Shown here one piece after another: positions 35,349 through 44,541 of a stretch of DNA of 64,000 nt. The stretch spans positions 16,534 to 80,533 of the forward strand of contig DATNMQ010000149.1 in NCBI GenBank assembly GCA_035602465.1, given 5' to 3'. Below the pieces are notes generated by a model that saw only the letters and a list, made by a program, of their open reading frames with translations, had not been told where the DNA came from and ran no database searches. A program made the translations under genes and the position numbers. The DNA is from Candidatus Sulfotelmatobacter sp. (GTDB taxonomy: Bacteria; Chloroflexota; Dormibacteria; Dormibacterales; Dormibacteraceae). Each line of letters starts with the position of its first letter. Position 1 is the first letter of the stretch.

Positions 35349-37997
35349 ATGGCGACCACGCTTCCACTCGCCGCAGGGCGGATACCACCGCACGACCTCG
35401 ATGCCGAGATGTCGATCATCGGATCGATCCTGCTCGACCCGCTTTCGATCGCCAAAGTGCTTCAGTTCCTGCGCCCCGACGATTTCTATCGAGAGAACAA
35501 CGGGCAGATCTATCGCGCGGCTCTTGACCTGTTCGCCGCGGGCGAGCCGATCGACAACGTCACGCTGGCGGCGCAGCTGCAGACGATGCAGCTGCTCGAT
35601 CGAGTCGGAGGACGCGCGCACCTCGCCTCGATGCAAAGCGCGGTGCCGACCGCGGCGAACATCGAGTACTACGGGCGGATCGTCAAGGAGAAGGCGTACA
35701 AGCGGCGCCTGATCTCGGCCGGCGGAAACATCGCGGGGTACGGCTACGACGACTCGATTGAGGCCGAGGACGCGATCAACCAGGCGCAGTCACTTGTGTT
35801 CGGCGTGGCAGACGACCGGGACCAGCGCGAGCTGGCGCGGCTGTACGACCTGCTCGGGCCGGCGATGGAGCGGATCTCGCTGCAGATGGAGAGCGGCCAG
35901 GGGATCGTCGGGATCCCGTCGGGATTCCACGACCTGGACCGGATGACGAGCGGGTTCAAGGACTCGGACCTGATAATCATCGCGGGCCGGCCGGCGATGG
36001 GCAAAACGTCTCTGGCACTGAACGTGGGTTTGCACGCCGCACTCGAGGCCAAAAGGGCGATCGCGATTTTCAGCCTCGAGATGTCCAAAGAACAACTGAC
36101 CGAACGCTTGTTGACAGAACAAGCACAGATCGACGCTCAGCGCATGCACCGTGGGCTTCTAACCGAGGCCGAGTTTGATCGAGTCTCCAACGCGCTAGGC
36201 CCACTCGGCGAAGCGCAGATTTACATCGACGACACGCCCGTGATGGATGAGCTGACCCTGCAGCTGAAAGCGCGCCAGGCGAAGATGCGGCACAACATCG
36301 ACATGATCGTGATCGACTATCTGCAGTTGATGCATGGCCGCGCCCGTGGTGATGACAACAGGGTCCAGGAAGTGTCTGCAATATCCCGCGCCTTGAAGGG
36401 ACTCGCCCGTGAGCTCCGAATTCCAGTGATCGCGATTTCTCAGTTGAGCCGGGCACCCGAGCAGAGACCCGACAAGCGACCGATCCTGAGCGACCTACGT
36501 GAGTCTGGATGCCTTGCCGGCGACACCCCGGTTTATCTGCCCGACTCAGGCACTTATGTGCCGATCAGGGAATTGGTCGGAAAAACTGGGTTCAGAGTTC
36601 TCGCCCTGGACAAGGGGTGGTGGCGGATGGAGGCGAAGCGCGTGACCAACGCGTTTGCCACCGGCACCAAGCCGGTCTTCAAGTTGACCACTCAACTGAA
36701 TCGATCGGTTCGAGCGACCGCCAACCACAAGTTCTTGACGATGGAGGGATGGCGCCGCCTTGATGAGTTGAAAGTGGGGGACCACATCGCGGTGCCCCGC
36801 ATTTTGCAAGGCCCAGAAAGAGACTCAATGAGTCGCGAAGAACTCGGGCTGCTTGGTCATTTGATCGGCGACGGTTGCACGCTCCCCAATCACGCGATTC
36901 AGTACACGACCAAGGACCCAACCCTCGCCGAAGAGGTGGTCAGGTTGGCAACTGAAGTTTTCGGCGACTCAGTTCGACCGCGAATTCACCACGAAAGGAC
37001 GTGGATTCAGGTCTATCTCCCAGCGACCCGCCAGCTGACGCACGGCGTCCACAATCCAGTACGCATGTGGCTGGGCGAGCTTGGAGCATTCGGCGCCCGT
37101 TCATATGAAAAGCGGATCCCCACGAAGGTTTTCCAGCAATCCGCGCTCGGGATTGCATGTTTCCTGCGCCATCTGTGGTCGACGGACGGGTCAGTGAACC
37201 TCTCGCGCGGCATTGGCCACTATGCCAACGTCTACTACGCGAGCAGCAGCGAGGGGCTCGCGCGAGACGTCCAGGGCCTTCTCTTGCGGGTTGGAATCAA
37301 TGCCAGGATCTCGACGCACTCGCAAGGGATTAAGGGCCGCGATCAACATCACGTAACCGTCAGTGGCCAGCACGACATCTACGCGTTCCTCCAGCTCGTT
37401 GGAGTGATCGGCCACAACAAGACCCTCCACAAGGCGGCAATTCTCGATTACCTTGGCGCAAAGCGCGAGAACACGAATCGAGATGTGATCCCCGCAATCG
37501 CCTGGCGAATGCACGCGCTCCCAGCGATGGCGACATCCGGTATCACGACTCGAGCGATGTACGCGGGCCTTAACACGTCTTACGCCGGCACTGGGATTTA
37601 CAACCAGAACTTGAGTCGGAGTCGAGCTCGCAGGCTGGCATCAGTCGTGGGTTCAGACGAGCTTGAACTCCTCGCGACAAGTGACGTGTACTGGGACCAG
37701 ATCGCGTCCGTTGCACCGGATGGGATCGAAGAGGTATATGACTTGACCGTCGAGGACCTACACAATTTCGTCTCAGGAAACGTGATTGTTCACAACTCGA
37801 TTGAGCAAGACGCCGATGTCGTCATGTTCCTTTTTCGACCGGAGTACTACAAGTCCGATGAGAAGCCTGGTATCGCTGAGGTGATCGTCGCCAAGCACCG
37901 CAATGGCCCCACCGGGATGATCGAGCTCAAGTTCCGCCGCGACCACACCCGTTTCTACAACCTGGAGACGAAGCGGCCCGAGCCGGGAACCGAGTAA
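35349..37997 (+). CDS. dnaB: replicative DNA helicase DnaB, interrupted in frame by an intein
   Basis: The N-terminus reads PPHDLDAEMSIIGSILLD and Walker A is GRPAMGKTS. The extein junction ...ILSDLRESG | C...HN | SIEQDADVV restores the conserved DnaB motif. Confidence 0.9.
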   Translation: MATTLPLAAGRIPPHDLDAEMSIIGSILLDPLSIAKVLQFLRPDDFYRENNGQIYRAALDLFAAGEPIDNVTLAAQLQTMQLLDRVGGRAHLASMQSAVPTAANIEYYGRIVKEKAYKRRLISAGGNIAGYGYDDSIEAEDAINQAQSLVFGVADDRDQRELARLYDLLGPAMERISLQMESGQGIVGIPSGFHDLDRMTSGFKDSDLIIIAGRPAMGKTSLALNVGLHAALEAKRAIAIFSLEMSKEQLTERLLTEQAQIDAQRMHRGLLTEAEFDRVSNALGPLGEAQIYIDDTPVMDELTLQLKARQAKMRHNIDMIVIDYLQLMHGRARGDDNRVQEVSAISRALKGLARELRIPVIAISQLSRAPEQRPDKRPILSDLRESGCLAGDTPVYLPDSGTYVPIRELVGKTGFRVLALDKGWWRMEAKRVTNAFATGTKPVFKLTTQLNRSVRATANHKFLTMEGWRRLDELKVGDHIAVPRILQGPERDSMSREELGLLGHLIGDGCTLPNHAIQYTTKDPTLAEEVVRLATEVFGDSVRPRIHHERTWIQVYLPATRQLTHGVHNPVRMWLGELGAFGARSYEKRIPTKVFQQSALGIACFLRHLWSTDGSVNLSRGIGHYANVYYASSSEGLARDVQGLLLRVGINARISTHSQGIKGRDQHHVTVSGQHDIYAFLQLVGVIGHNKTLHKAAILDYLGAKRENTNRDVIPAIAWRMHALPAMATSGITTRAMYAGLNTSYAGTGIYNQNLSRSRARRLASVVGSDELELLATSDVYWDQIASVAPDGIEEVYDLTVEDLHNFVSGNVIVHNSIEQDADVVMFLFRPEYYKSDEKPGIAEVIVAKHRNGPTGMIELKFRRDHTRFYNLETKRPEPGTE
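36510..37796 (+). mobile_element. DnaB intein (429 aa) with a LAGLIDADG homing-endonuclease domain
   Basis: It starts CLAGDTPVYL and ends VIVHN, followed by the S+1 residue. TANHKFLTMEGWRRLDELKVGDHIAVPR parallels the Synechocystis DnaB intein block B. LAGLIDADG-like LLGHLIGDGC and FLRHLWSTDGSV are present. The segment is visibly more A/T-rich than the flanking extein. Confidence 0.85.
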
Positions 37998-38001
37998 GAC
38001 C

Positions 38002-39291
38002 TTGGTCATCATCCTGGTCGGCGGTCAGTGGGGCGACGAGGGGAAAGGCAAGGTCATCGACTACCTCGCCGAGAAGGCCGACATGGTCATCCGCTCCCAG
38101 GGCGGCAACAACGCCGGCCACACCGTCATCACCGAGCACGGCGAGTTCAAGTTCCAGCTGATCCCATCGGGCATCCTCTACCCGCACTGCGTCTGCGTCA
38201 TCGGCAACGGCGTCGTCGTCGACCCGATCGTCCTGCTCAAGGAGATCGCCCAGCTGAGGGAGCGCGGCATCGAGCCCAAGAACCTCGTGGTGAGTGAGCG
38301 CGCGCACATGGTGATGCGCTACCACCCCCTCTTCGACCAGCTCGAGGAGGACGTCCGAGGCGACGACCGCCTCGGCACCACCTGGCGCGGCATCGGCCCC
38401 GCCTATGCGGACAAGATCCGCCGGATCGGCTTCCGCATCGGCGACCTGCAAAAGGAAGCTTTCATGCGCAAGAAGCTCGCTTTCGTCGTCGACCAGGTCA
38501 AGAACCCGATCCTCGAAAAGCTCTACGGCAAGGACGCCTACGACTGGTCGAGCATGCTCGAGGAGTACATGGGCTACGCGAAGGAGCTCGACCCCTACAT
38601 CAAGGACACCTTCCCGATGATCCAGGACGCGCTCGACCGCAAGGCCAACATCCTGCTCGAGGGCGCGCAGGCCACCATGCTCGACCTGGACTTCGGCACC
38701 TATCCCTACGTCACCAGCTCCAACCCGACGGCGGGCGGCGCCCTCACCGGGAGCGGCATCCCTCCGACCCGAGTCGACCTGACGATCGGCGTCTTCAAGG
38801 CGTACACGTCGCGCGTCGGCTACGGCCCGTTTCCGTCGGAGCTGCTGGACGAGGTAGGGGACCAGATCCGCGAGCGCGGCCATGAATTCGGAACGGTCAC
38901 AGGCAGGGCACGTCGCATCGGCTGGTTCGACGCCGCCGTCGCGCGCTACGCCGTGCGTCTCAACGGCGTGGGTGTTGCGGCCCTGATGCGGCTCGACATT
39001 CTCGACGACCAGCCGCTGCTCAAGGTCTGCACCGGATACGAGTTCCGCGGCACGCGCTTCGACCACCCGCTGGCCAACATCTCGCACTACAAGCACTGCA
39101 CGCCCATCTATGACGAGATGCCCGGGTGGCAGCACGAGATCGGGGCCGCGAAATGCTGGGACGACCTGCCCCAGCCCTGCCGCGACTACGTCGAAAGGAT
39201 CGGCGAGCTGATCGGCGCCCCGATCAACCTCGTCGGCACCGGACCCCGACGCGACCAGTTCGTGACCCGGGGCCGCAAGCTCTTCGACTGA
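38002..39291 (+). CDS. purA: adenylosuccinate synthase
   Basis: LVGGQWGDEGKGKVIDYL, GGNNAGHTV, and TTWRGIGPAY in place of the usual GTTxxGIGP consensus. Confidence 0.9.
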   Translation: MVIILVGGQWGDEGKGKVIDYLAEKADMVIRSQGGNNAGHTVITEHGEFKFQLIPSGILYPHCVCVIGNGVVVDPIVLLKEIAQLRERGIEPKNLVVSERAHMVMRYHPLFDQLEEDVRGDDRLGTTWRGIGPAYADKIRRIGFRIGDLQKEAFMRKKLAFVVDQVKNPILEKLYGKDAYDWSSMLEEYMGYAKELDPYIKDTFPMIQDALDRKANILLEGAQATMLDLDFGTYPYVTSSNPTAGGALTGSGIPPTRVDLTIGVFKAYTSRVGYGPFPSELLDEVGDQIRERGHEFGTVTGRARRIGWFDAAVARYAVRLNGVGVAALMRLDILDDQPLLKVCTGYEFRGTRFDHPLANISHYKHCTPIYDEMPGWQHEIGAAKCWDDLPQPCRDYVERIGELIGAPINLVGTGPRRDQFVTRGRKLFD

Positions 39292-39330
39292 CGCGTAACC
39301 AAACCGCCCTCGATTCGTCTTAACGAATAG

Positions 39331-40500
39331 ATGAAGACATCGGTCAGCAGCGTGACGATCACCGTCCTGGGCACCCTGGCCATCGCGGCGGTCGCCTACG
39401 GCGCCGCCTCTGGCTTTCATGTCCAGCGCACCGGGGACATTCACCCCATGCCTTCCGAGGCTCGCACGACGCCCTCTCCGATGCCGCTGCCCGTCGAGGT
39501 GCCCTCTCCGCACCCAACACCGGGTGGCCTGGTTGCCGTCGACGCCGACATGGCCGATGCGTCGACGGGCTGGTTGGTCCTCACGGACTGCCCCGCTCAG
39601 GGCAGCTGCCACTACTTCGTCGCCGGCACCACCGATGCGGGCCAGTCCTGGAGCCGCCCGGTCCAGGTCGGCCCCAGCGTTCCATCGGGTCCCGGTTTCT
39701 CTCCGCGTGCCGTCCGTTTCGTCAACAGGCTGGACGGCTTCGTCTACGGCAGCCAGGACGCACTCGCCTACGTGACACACGACGGCGGCCAGACGTGGCG
39801 CACGCTCGAAGTGCCGTACGTGTTTTTCTTTGGAATCACGATCAGCAATGGCACCGCGTGGGTGACGACGTACCCATGTTCCAAGAGCACCCAGTGCCAG
39901 CTGGAGGTCCGGTCCAGCGCAGATGGGGGCCGCACCTGGTCGGCAGCGCACAAGCTGCCGCCGGGCTACTCGCCAGAGTCGCCGGTCGCCTTTCCGACCG
40001 GCGTGATCATGTCGAGCGTGCCGAATGGGGACATAGAGATCACGTCGAACCGCGGTCTCACGTGGCGATCGCTCAAGTCCGCGTGCGCCGCCAACTCGTT
40101 CCGCGGCTTCGTCACGACAGTCGACGGGACCGAGCTGTGGGAGCAGTGCTTGGGCTATCCCGACTCGAGCGGCGTATTCAGCGACGTCTCCCTGTTCGTG
40201 TCGGAGGACGGCGGCAAGACGTGGACTCGTCGCGCTTGGCCGCCGGTCATGGCGTCCCCTGCCCAGGAGTCGCTCGTCACGAGTCGCGCCCTCGTGGCTT
40301 TCGCATTCGGCGGAAACCGATCGCTCGTGACGCACGATGGCGGAAAGACGTGGACCGACATATCCGACCCGGTGGCGACCTTCACAACCATCCGGTTCCG
40401 TGAAGGCTGGGGATGGGCACTCGACCCGCAGCGGGTGATCTGGCAGACGTACGACGGCGGCGATCACTGGGCCGAGGTGGGATCGCTTCCCGACAGCTGA
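39331..40500 (+). CDS. secreted BNR/Asp-box repeat beta-propeller protein
   Basis: The N-terminal signal-like segment is followed by six Asp-box-like repeats: TDAGQSWS, THDGGQTWRT, SADGGRTWS, SNRGLTWRS, SEDGGKTWT/THDGGKTWT, YDGGDHW. Confidence 0.65.
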   Translation: MKTSVSSVTITVLGTLAIAAVAYGAASGFHVQRTGDIHPMPSEARTTPSPMPLPVEVPSPHPTPGGLVAVDADMADASTGWLVLTDCPAQGSCHYFVAGTTDAGQSWSRPVQVGPSVPSGPGFSPRAVRFVNRLDGFVYGSQDALAYVTHDGGQTWRTLEVPYVFFFGITISNGTAWVTTYPCSKSTQCQLEVRSSADGGRTWSAAHKLPPGYSPESPVAFPTGVIMSSVPNGDIEITSNRGLTWRSLKSACAANSFRGFVTTVDGTELWEQCLGYPDSSGVFSDVSLFVSEDGGKTWTRRAWPPVMASPAQESLVTSRALVAFAFGGNRSLVTHDGGKTWTDISDPVATFTTIRFREGWGWALDPQRVIWQTYDGGDHWAEVGSLPDS

Positions 40501-40525
40501 GCTGATTTAGCCCGATCATTTTCCC

Positions 40526-41659
40526 GTGGTCGTGAAAACAAAATCAGTCGCCGAGGCCGAGCTCACATGGCCCCAGGTGCATGCCTTCCGGATGCAGCGC
40601 CACCACCTGGTGCCTTCGGGAAAGCAGGACCTGGCCAGGGTGGCCGCCGATATCGGCGGCGCGCAGGCGCAGGTCATGTCCGCCGCGGAGCTTCAGCTTG
40701 CGGTCCGCAGCGAACGCCCCGTGACCGACGTCCGGACGGCGCTCTGGAAAGACCGCAGCCTGATCAAGACCTGGCTCATGCGCGGCACGCTGCATCTCAT
40801 CCCCGCCAAGGACCTCCCGATCTACACGGCGGCCATGAGCGGGCACTGGATGCGGACCCGGCCCAGCTGGCTGAAGTACTTCGGGCTGACCGAGGCCGAG
40901 CTGATGAAGCTCATCGAGACCATCGGCGCAGCGCTGAACGGACGGCCGATGACCAGGGAAGAGATCATCGCCATCGCCGGCAAAGGACAGTCGGCGAGGG
41001 TCCGGGAGTGGCTCAAGTCCGGCTGGGGCGGCTTCCTGAAGCCTGTGGCGCGGGCCGGCGGGCTCTGCTTCGGGCCCAGCCGCGGCCAGAGCGTCACGTT
41101 CGTGCGCCCAGAGGACTGGATCGGAGGATGGCAGAAGATCGACCCTGAGGTCGCGATCGGAGAGGTGGCGCGCCGCTACCTGCGCGCTTTCGGCCCGGGG
41201 ACGAAGAACGACTTCGTCTTTTGGTGGGGACGCTGGCCCGGGGTCGCCAATGCGGCGTGGTCCGCCATCGCCCCGGAGCTGACCACCGTGTCGGTCGAAG
41301 GTTCCAGGGCGCAGATCCTCACCTCCGACCTCAAGCGCCTGCCCGCCGCCCCGCCAGGTTCAGTGCAGCTGTTGCCGGCGTTCGATCCATATCTGATGGG
41401 TTACGCCAGCCGCGATCACCTCTTCGACGCGGTCCATCGCTCGAAGGTCAGCCGCACGGCAGGCTGGATCTCGCCGGTTGTGCTTGTCGACGGCGCCGTG
41501 GTCGGCACCTGGTCCTTTGTCGTGTCCGGCAAGACCATTCGAGTGTCTCTCCAGCCGTTCAGGCCGTTGACGGCGCACCTGCGCACCAAGGTCAAGGAGC
41601 GGGCGGAGTCTCTCGCGGCTGCGCTCGGTCTGGCGAATGCCGAGCTGAGCGTCGCCTAG
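40526..41659 (+). CDS. winged-helix DNA-binding domain protein, YcaQ/AlkZ-like (DUF1006)
   Basis: LTWPQVHAFRMQRHHL...RGTLHLIPAKDLP... and a C-terminal layout typical of the YcaQ family. Confidence 0.65.
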   Translation: MVVKTKSVAEAELTWPQVHAFRMQRHHLVPSGKQDLARVAADIGGAQAQVMSAAELQLAVRSERPVTDVRTALWKDRSLIKTWLMRGTLHLIPAKDLPIYTAAMSGHWMRTRPSWLKYFGLTEAELMKLIETIGAALNGRPMTREEIIAIAGKGQSARVREWLKSGWGGFLKPVARAGGLCFGPSRGQSVTFVRPEDWIGGWQKIDPEVAIGEVARRYLRAFGPGTKNDFVFWWGRWPGVANAAWSAIAPELTTVSVEGSRAQILTSDLKRLPAAPPGSVQLLPAFDPYLMGYASRDHLFDAVHRSKVSRTAGWISPVVLVDGAVVGTWSFVVSGKTIRVSLQPFRPLTAHLRTKVKERAESLAAALGLANAELSVA

Positions 41660-42657
41660 CTGGCGCGCGAGATGGTCTTGACGACGCGGAGATTGGCCTC
41701 GCGCTGACGCAGCCTACGAGTTCGCTTCCATCGCTCCATCGCGACGGATGCCGACCACAGGACGATCACCAACACGGCCATCACGGCCTGCACAGCGGCG
41801 ACCGTGTAGATCGCGGCCTGGATTCCATAGCCGTCGTGCCTCAACCCGATCGCGAAGAGACCGGCCGCGAAACCCAGCGTCGGCCGGACCGGCCACGAGT
41901 CGGGAAGGAGCCGGCGGTCGGCCAAAAGCAACCCGGCGACGAACCAGGTCGGGCCGCTGTCGAGCTGGAACAGCGCATCCCACCGGAACGTGTAGATGGC
42001 CAGCAGCGCGCCCGCAAGGAATGCGACGAGAACCACGAGGCTGACGCGTCGCGCATACGCGAGCCATGCGATTCCGATGGCAACCGCGAGAAGCGACGTC
42101 GCGAAGACCGGTCCGGAGACGTTGCCGACATAGAGGCGGATCGGATCGAGCGTCCAGGACGATTGGTGGAAGAAACGGAACCACGTGTCGATCGGATCGA
42201 TCGGGTCACCGAACGTCTTGCCATTCGGGTTGACGTAGGTGAACGGCGCGCCTCTGGTCGCCAGCGCGACGGCTGTGAAGGCAAGGAGTCCGGCCTGCGC
42301 CCGGATGGCGGGCAGGTAACGGGCGCGCAGCAGCTCGAGCACGACGGCGAGGACTGAGATCTCGATCGAGAGGACAAGGCTTGCCCCGGCTCCGACCAAT
42401 GCCACGCCGAACACCGCGGCGATCAGCGAGCTCGCACCGCGGCGCGGCACTTGATGACGCAAAACGAAGTAGCTGGCGATCAGTCCGAGCGTGCCTATGG
42501 CGAGAGCGATCGCGAGCATCTGCACCGCGGCGAGCCTGAAGATGATCAGGCCGGCGACGACGCACGGCAGCAGCGCAATCACCGTGACGAGGTCGTCAGG
42601 CAGCGATGCGGGTTTGAAGGCGGCGCGATCCAGCCATCTCCCGGCCTTTGCGAGCAC
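41656..42657 (-). CDS. polytopic membrane protein, function unknown
   Basis: 333-aa ORF with about 8-9 hydrophobic helices. Its end overlaps the stop of the YcaQ-like gene (convergent). Confidence 0.55.
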   Translation of the reverse strand: MLAKAGRWLDRAAFKPASLPDDLVTVIALLPCVVAGLIIFRLAAVQMLAIALAIGTLGLIASYFVLRHQVPRRGASSLIAAVFGVALVGAGASLVLSIEISVLAVVLELLRARYLPAIRAQAGLLAFTAVALATRGAPFTYVNPNGKTFGDPIDPIDTWFRFFHQSSWTLDPIRLYVGNVSGPVFATSLLAVAIGIAWLAYARRVSLVVLVAFLAGALLAIYTFRWDALFQLDSGPTWFVAGLLLADRRLLPDSWPVRPTLGFAAGLFAIGLRHDGYGIQAAIYTVAAVQAVMAVLVIVLWSASVAMERWKRTRRLRQREANLRVVKTISRAS

Positions 42658-42686
42658 CGTGAGATTCTACGGAAATGGCATTCGCT

Positions 42687-42732
42687 CCCTCTCCCCTTCA
42701 GGGGAGAGGGGAGAGGGGTGAGGGGCACGGGG
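42687..42732 (+). other. 10-bp perfect hairpin followed by five GGGG runs with 3-nt spacers (G-quadruplex-type tract)
   Basis: CCCTCTCCCC (42687-42696), TTCA, then GGGGAGAGGG (42701-42710). The G runs read GGGG-AGA-GGGG-AGA-GGGG-TGA-GGGG-CAC-GGGG (42701-42732). The tract lies in the divergent intergenic region. Confidence 0.6.
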
Positions 42733-42771
42733 CGAGGCATTCGAGCCTGGTTACAGGGCGACGCGGCTTCA

Positions 42772-44034
42772 GTGATAATCGGCAGGCTCGTGTCGCTTTT
42801 TGCCTCACGTCTTCTCGCGACGCTCGTTGCGCTGTGGGTGATCACGATCGCTGGGTGGAGCGTGATCGCCGATTCGCCACCCGACTCGACATGGGTTGCG
42901 CTCAAGCCGCTTCCGCACCAGGGCCGCGCGCCGATCTTCGCGCTCGCTGTGGATCCGTCGGACAATCAGCTGCTTCTCGCGGGCAACTCGGCAGGCTCGC
43001 TGCTGCGCAGCGCGAACGGCGGCACGGGCTGGACGACCGTGCACACGGGCACCTCCGCGCTCACGACCATCGGCTTCAATCCGTACATCGCGCATGTCGC
43101 CCTCGCGGGGACGCGCGGTGGTGGAGCGCTGGCCAGCAAGGATGGCGGCGTCTCGTGGTCGGCGGCGGCGGGGCTCGAGGGCCGCAGCGTGCGCGTGTTC
43201 GCCTTTGCCCTGAACCTTGTCGCGGCGGGCACCGACCGCGGCGTGTACTTGAGCCAGGACGGTTTCACGTGGACGCCTTCGGGGCTGTCGAACCAGAGCA
43301 TCAACGCGCTCGCGGTCGAGGCGATTCACGCACCGGTGAGGCTCGTCGCCGGCAGCGACGCGCAGGCCGCAACCGCGGGACTCGTGCTGTACCAGAGCAT
43401 CGACGCGGGCACGACCTGGACCCAGCTGAATCCGCCGATCAGCGGCACCATCACCGTGCGCATCGCTTGCGGGCCGCTGCCGCCGACAGGCAATGTCCGG
43501 CCGCTCCTGGTCGGCACGAATACCGGTCTTTTCGAATCACCCGACAACGGCGGATCATTCACTCCGCTCAGCGGGCCAGGTCTTCTTCCCTCGACGGATT
43601 TCACGCAGCTCGCGTTCATCACCGACCACTGGGACCGTTTCTACGCGGCGAGCGACGGCGGCGGCTCCGGTTCTGGCGGACTGTGGCGCACCACCGACGC
43701 GGGTCAGGACTTCACGTCGCTGCAGCCGCCTCAGGCTTCTGTCTCGGCGCTCGCGGTGTCGAACGATGAGAATCCGACGCTCTACGTCGCGACCTTCCGG
43801 CCATCGGACCATGTCGCCTCGTTGTGGATCTATCACGACACAGGCGGGCCGCCCCAGGGGCCGCCTTCGCCGCAGTCATCGGTTTCGAGTGGCAGCCGGA
43901 GGTCCGGTTCTCAGCCGTCGACGCTCAGCGAGATCCTGTCCTCGCCGCAGCTGCCATACCTCGCCCTTGGCCTCGTGGCCCTGGCCGTGGTTCTCACCGC
44001 GGTGGTCGCTCATCTGCGCGGTCGCCAGAGGTAG
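42772..44034 (+). CDS. membrane-anchored BNR/Asp-box repeat beta-propeller protein
   Basis: The in-frame GTG at 42772 is followed by an N-terminal TM helix (LLATLVALWVITIAGW). Repeats are SANGGTGWTT, SKDGGVSWS, SQDGFTWT, SIDAGTTWT, SPDNGGSFT and TTDAGQDFT. A C-terminal TM helix reads LALGLVALAVVLTAVVA. Confidence 0.6.
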   Translation: MIIGRLVSLFASRLLATLVALWVITIAGWSVIADSPPDSTWVALKPLPHQGRAPIFALAVDPSDNQLLLAGNSAGSLLRSANGGTGWTTVHTGTSALTTIGFNPYIAHVALAGTRGGGALASKDGGVSWSAAAGLEGRSVRVFAFALNLVAAGTDRGVYLSQDGFTWTPSGLSNQSINALAVEAIHAPVRLVAGSDAQAATAGLVLYQSIDAGTTWTQLNPPISGTITVRIACGPLPPTGNVRPLLVGTNTGLFESPDNGGSFTPLSGPGLLPSTDFTQLAFITDHWDRFYAASDGGGSGSGGLWRTTDAGQDFTSLQPPQASVSALAVSNDENPTLYVATFRPSDHVASLWIYHDTGGPPQGPPSPQSSVSSGSRRSGSQPSTLSEILSSPQLPYLALGLVALAVVLTAVVAHLRGRQR

Positions 44035-44051
44035 GCCGCTAGACTCGGCCG

Positions 44052-44528
44052 GTGACCAGCCCGCACGACCGACTGCGCGAGCTGGGCATCACACTCCCAC
44101 CCGCTCCAGCGCCCGCCGCGTCGTACGTGCAGACGAGGACCGTTCCTATCGGAGGCGGCCGTGCGCTTCTTTACGTCGCGGGCCAGGTCTCACGCGACGG
44201 CGACAAGCTGCTCAGCGGCCGTTGTCCCGACGAGGTCTCGGTGGAGGAGGCGACGCGACGCGCCAGGTTGTGCGCGCTCGCGGTTTTGGCTCAGATCGAG
44301 GCCGCCACCGGGCTCGATGCCGTCCACGAGATGATGCAGGTGATCGGGTTCGTGCTGTCGGCCGACGGATTCGGTGATCAGCCGAAAGTCCTTAACGGAG
44401 CCTCTGACCTGTTCAACGAGGTGCTGGGCGCGGCCGGCCGCCACACCCGCGCGGCGCTAGGCACCAACGCGCTTCCCTTTTCAGTCACGGTCGAGATTGC
44501 GGCGGTGGCGGTTGTCAGCACCGGCTGA
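44052..44528 (+). CDS. RidA/YjgF/UK114 family protein
   Basis: 158-aa ORF ending ...RAALGTNALPFSVTVEIAAVAV, a typical RidA-family C-terminus. Confidence 0.75.
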   Translation: MTSPHDRLRELGITLPPAPAPAASYVQTRTVPIGGGRALLYVAGQVSRDGDKLLSGRCPDEVSVEEATRRARLCALAVLAQIEAATGLDAVHEMMQVIGFVLSADGFGDQPKVLNGASDLFNEVLGAAGRHTRAALGTNALPFSVTVEIAAVAVVSTG

Positions 44529-44541
44529 GCGGGGGCCAAGG

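Noticed and set aside
37927-40467. 846-aa minus-strand ORF spanning purA and the BNR protein gene
   Set aside because: It is a shadow ORF opposite purA, which has textbook motifs. Its continuity across an intergenic gap reflects the lack of stop codons in GC-rich antisense frames.
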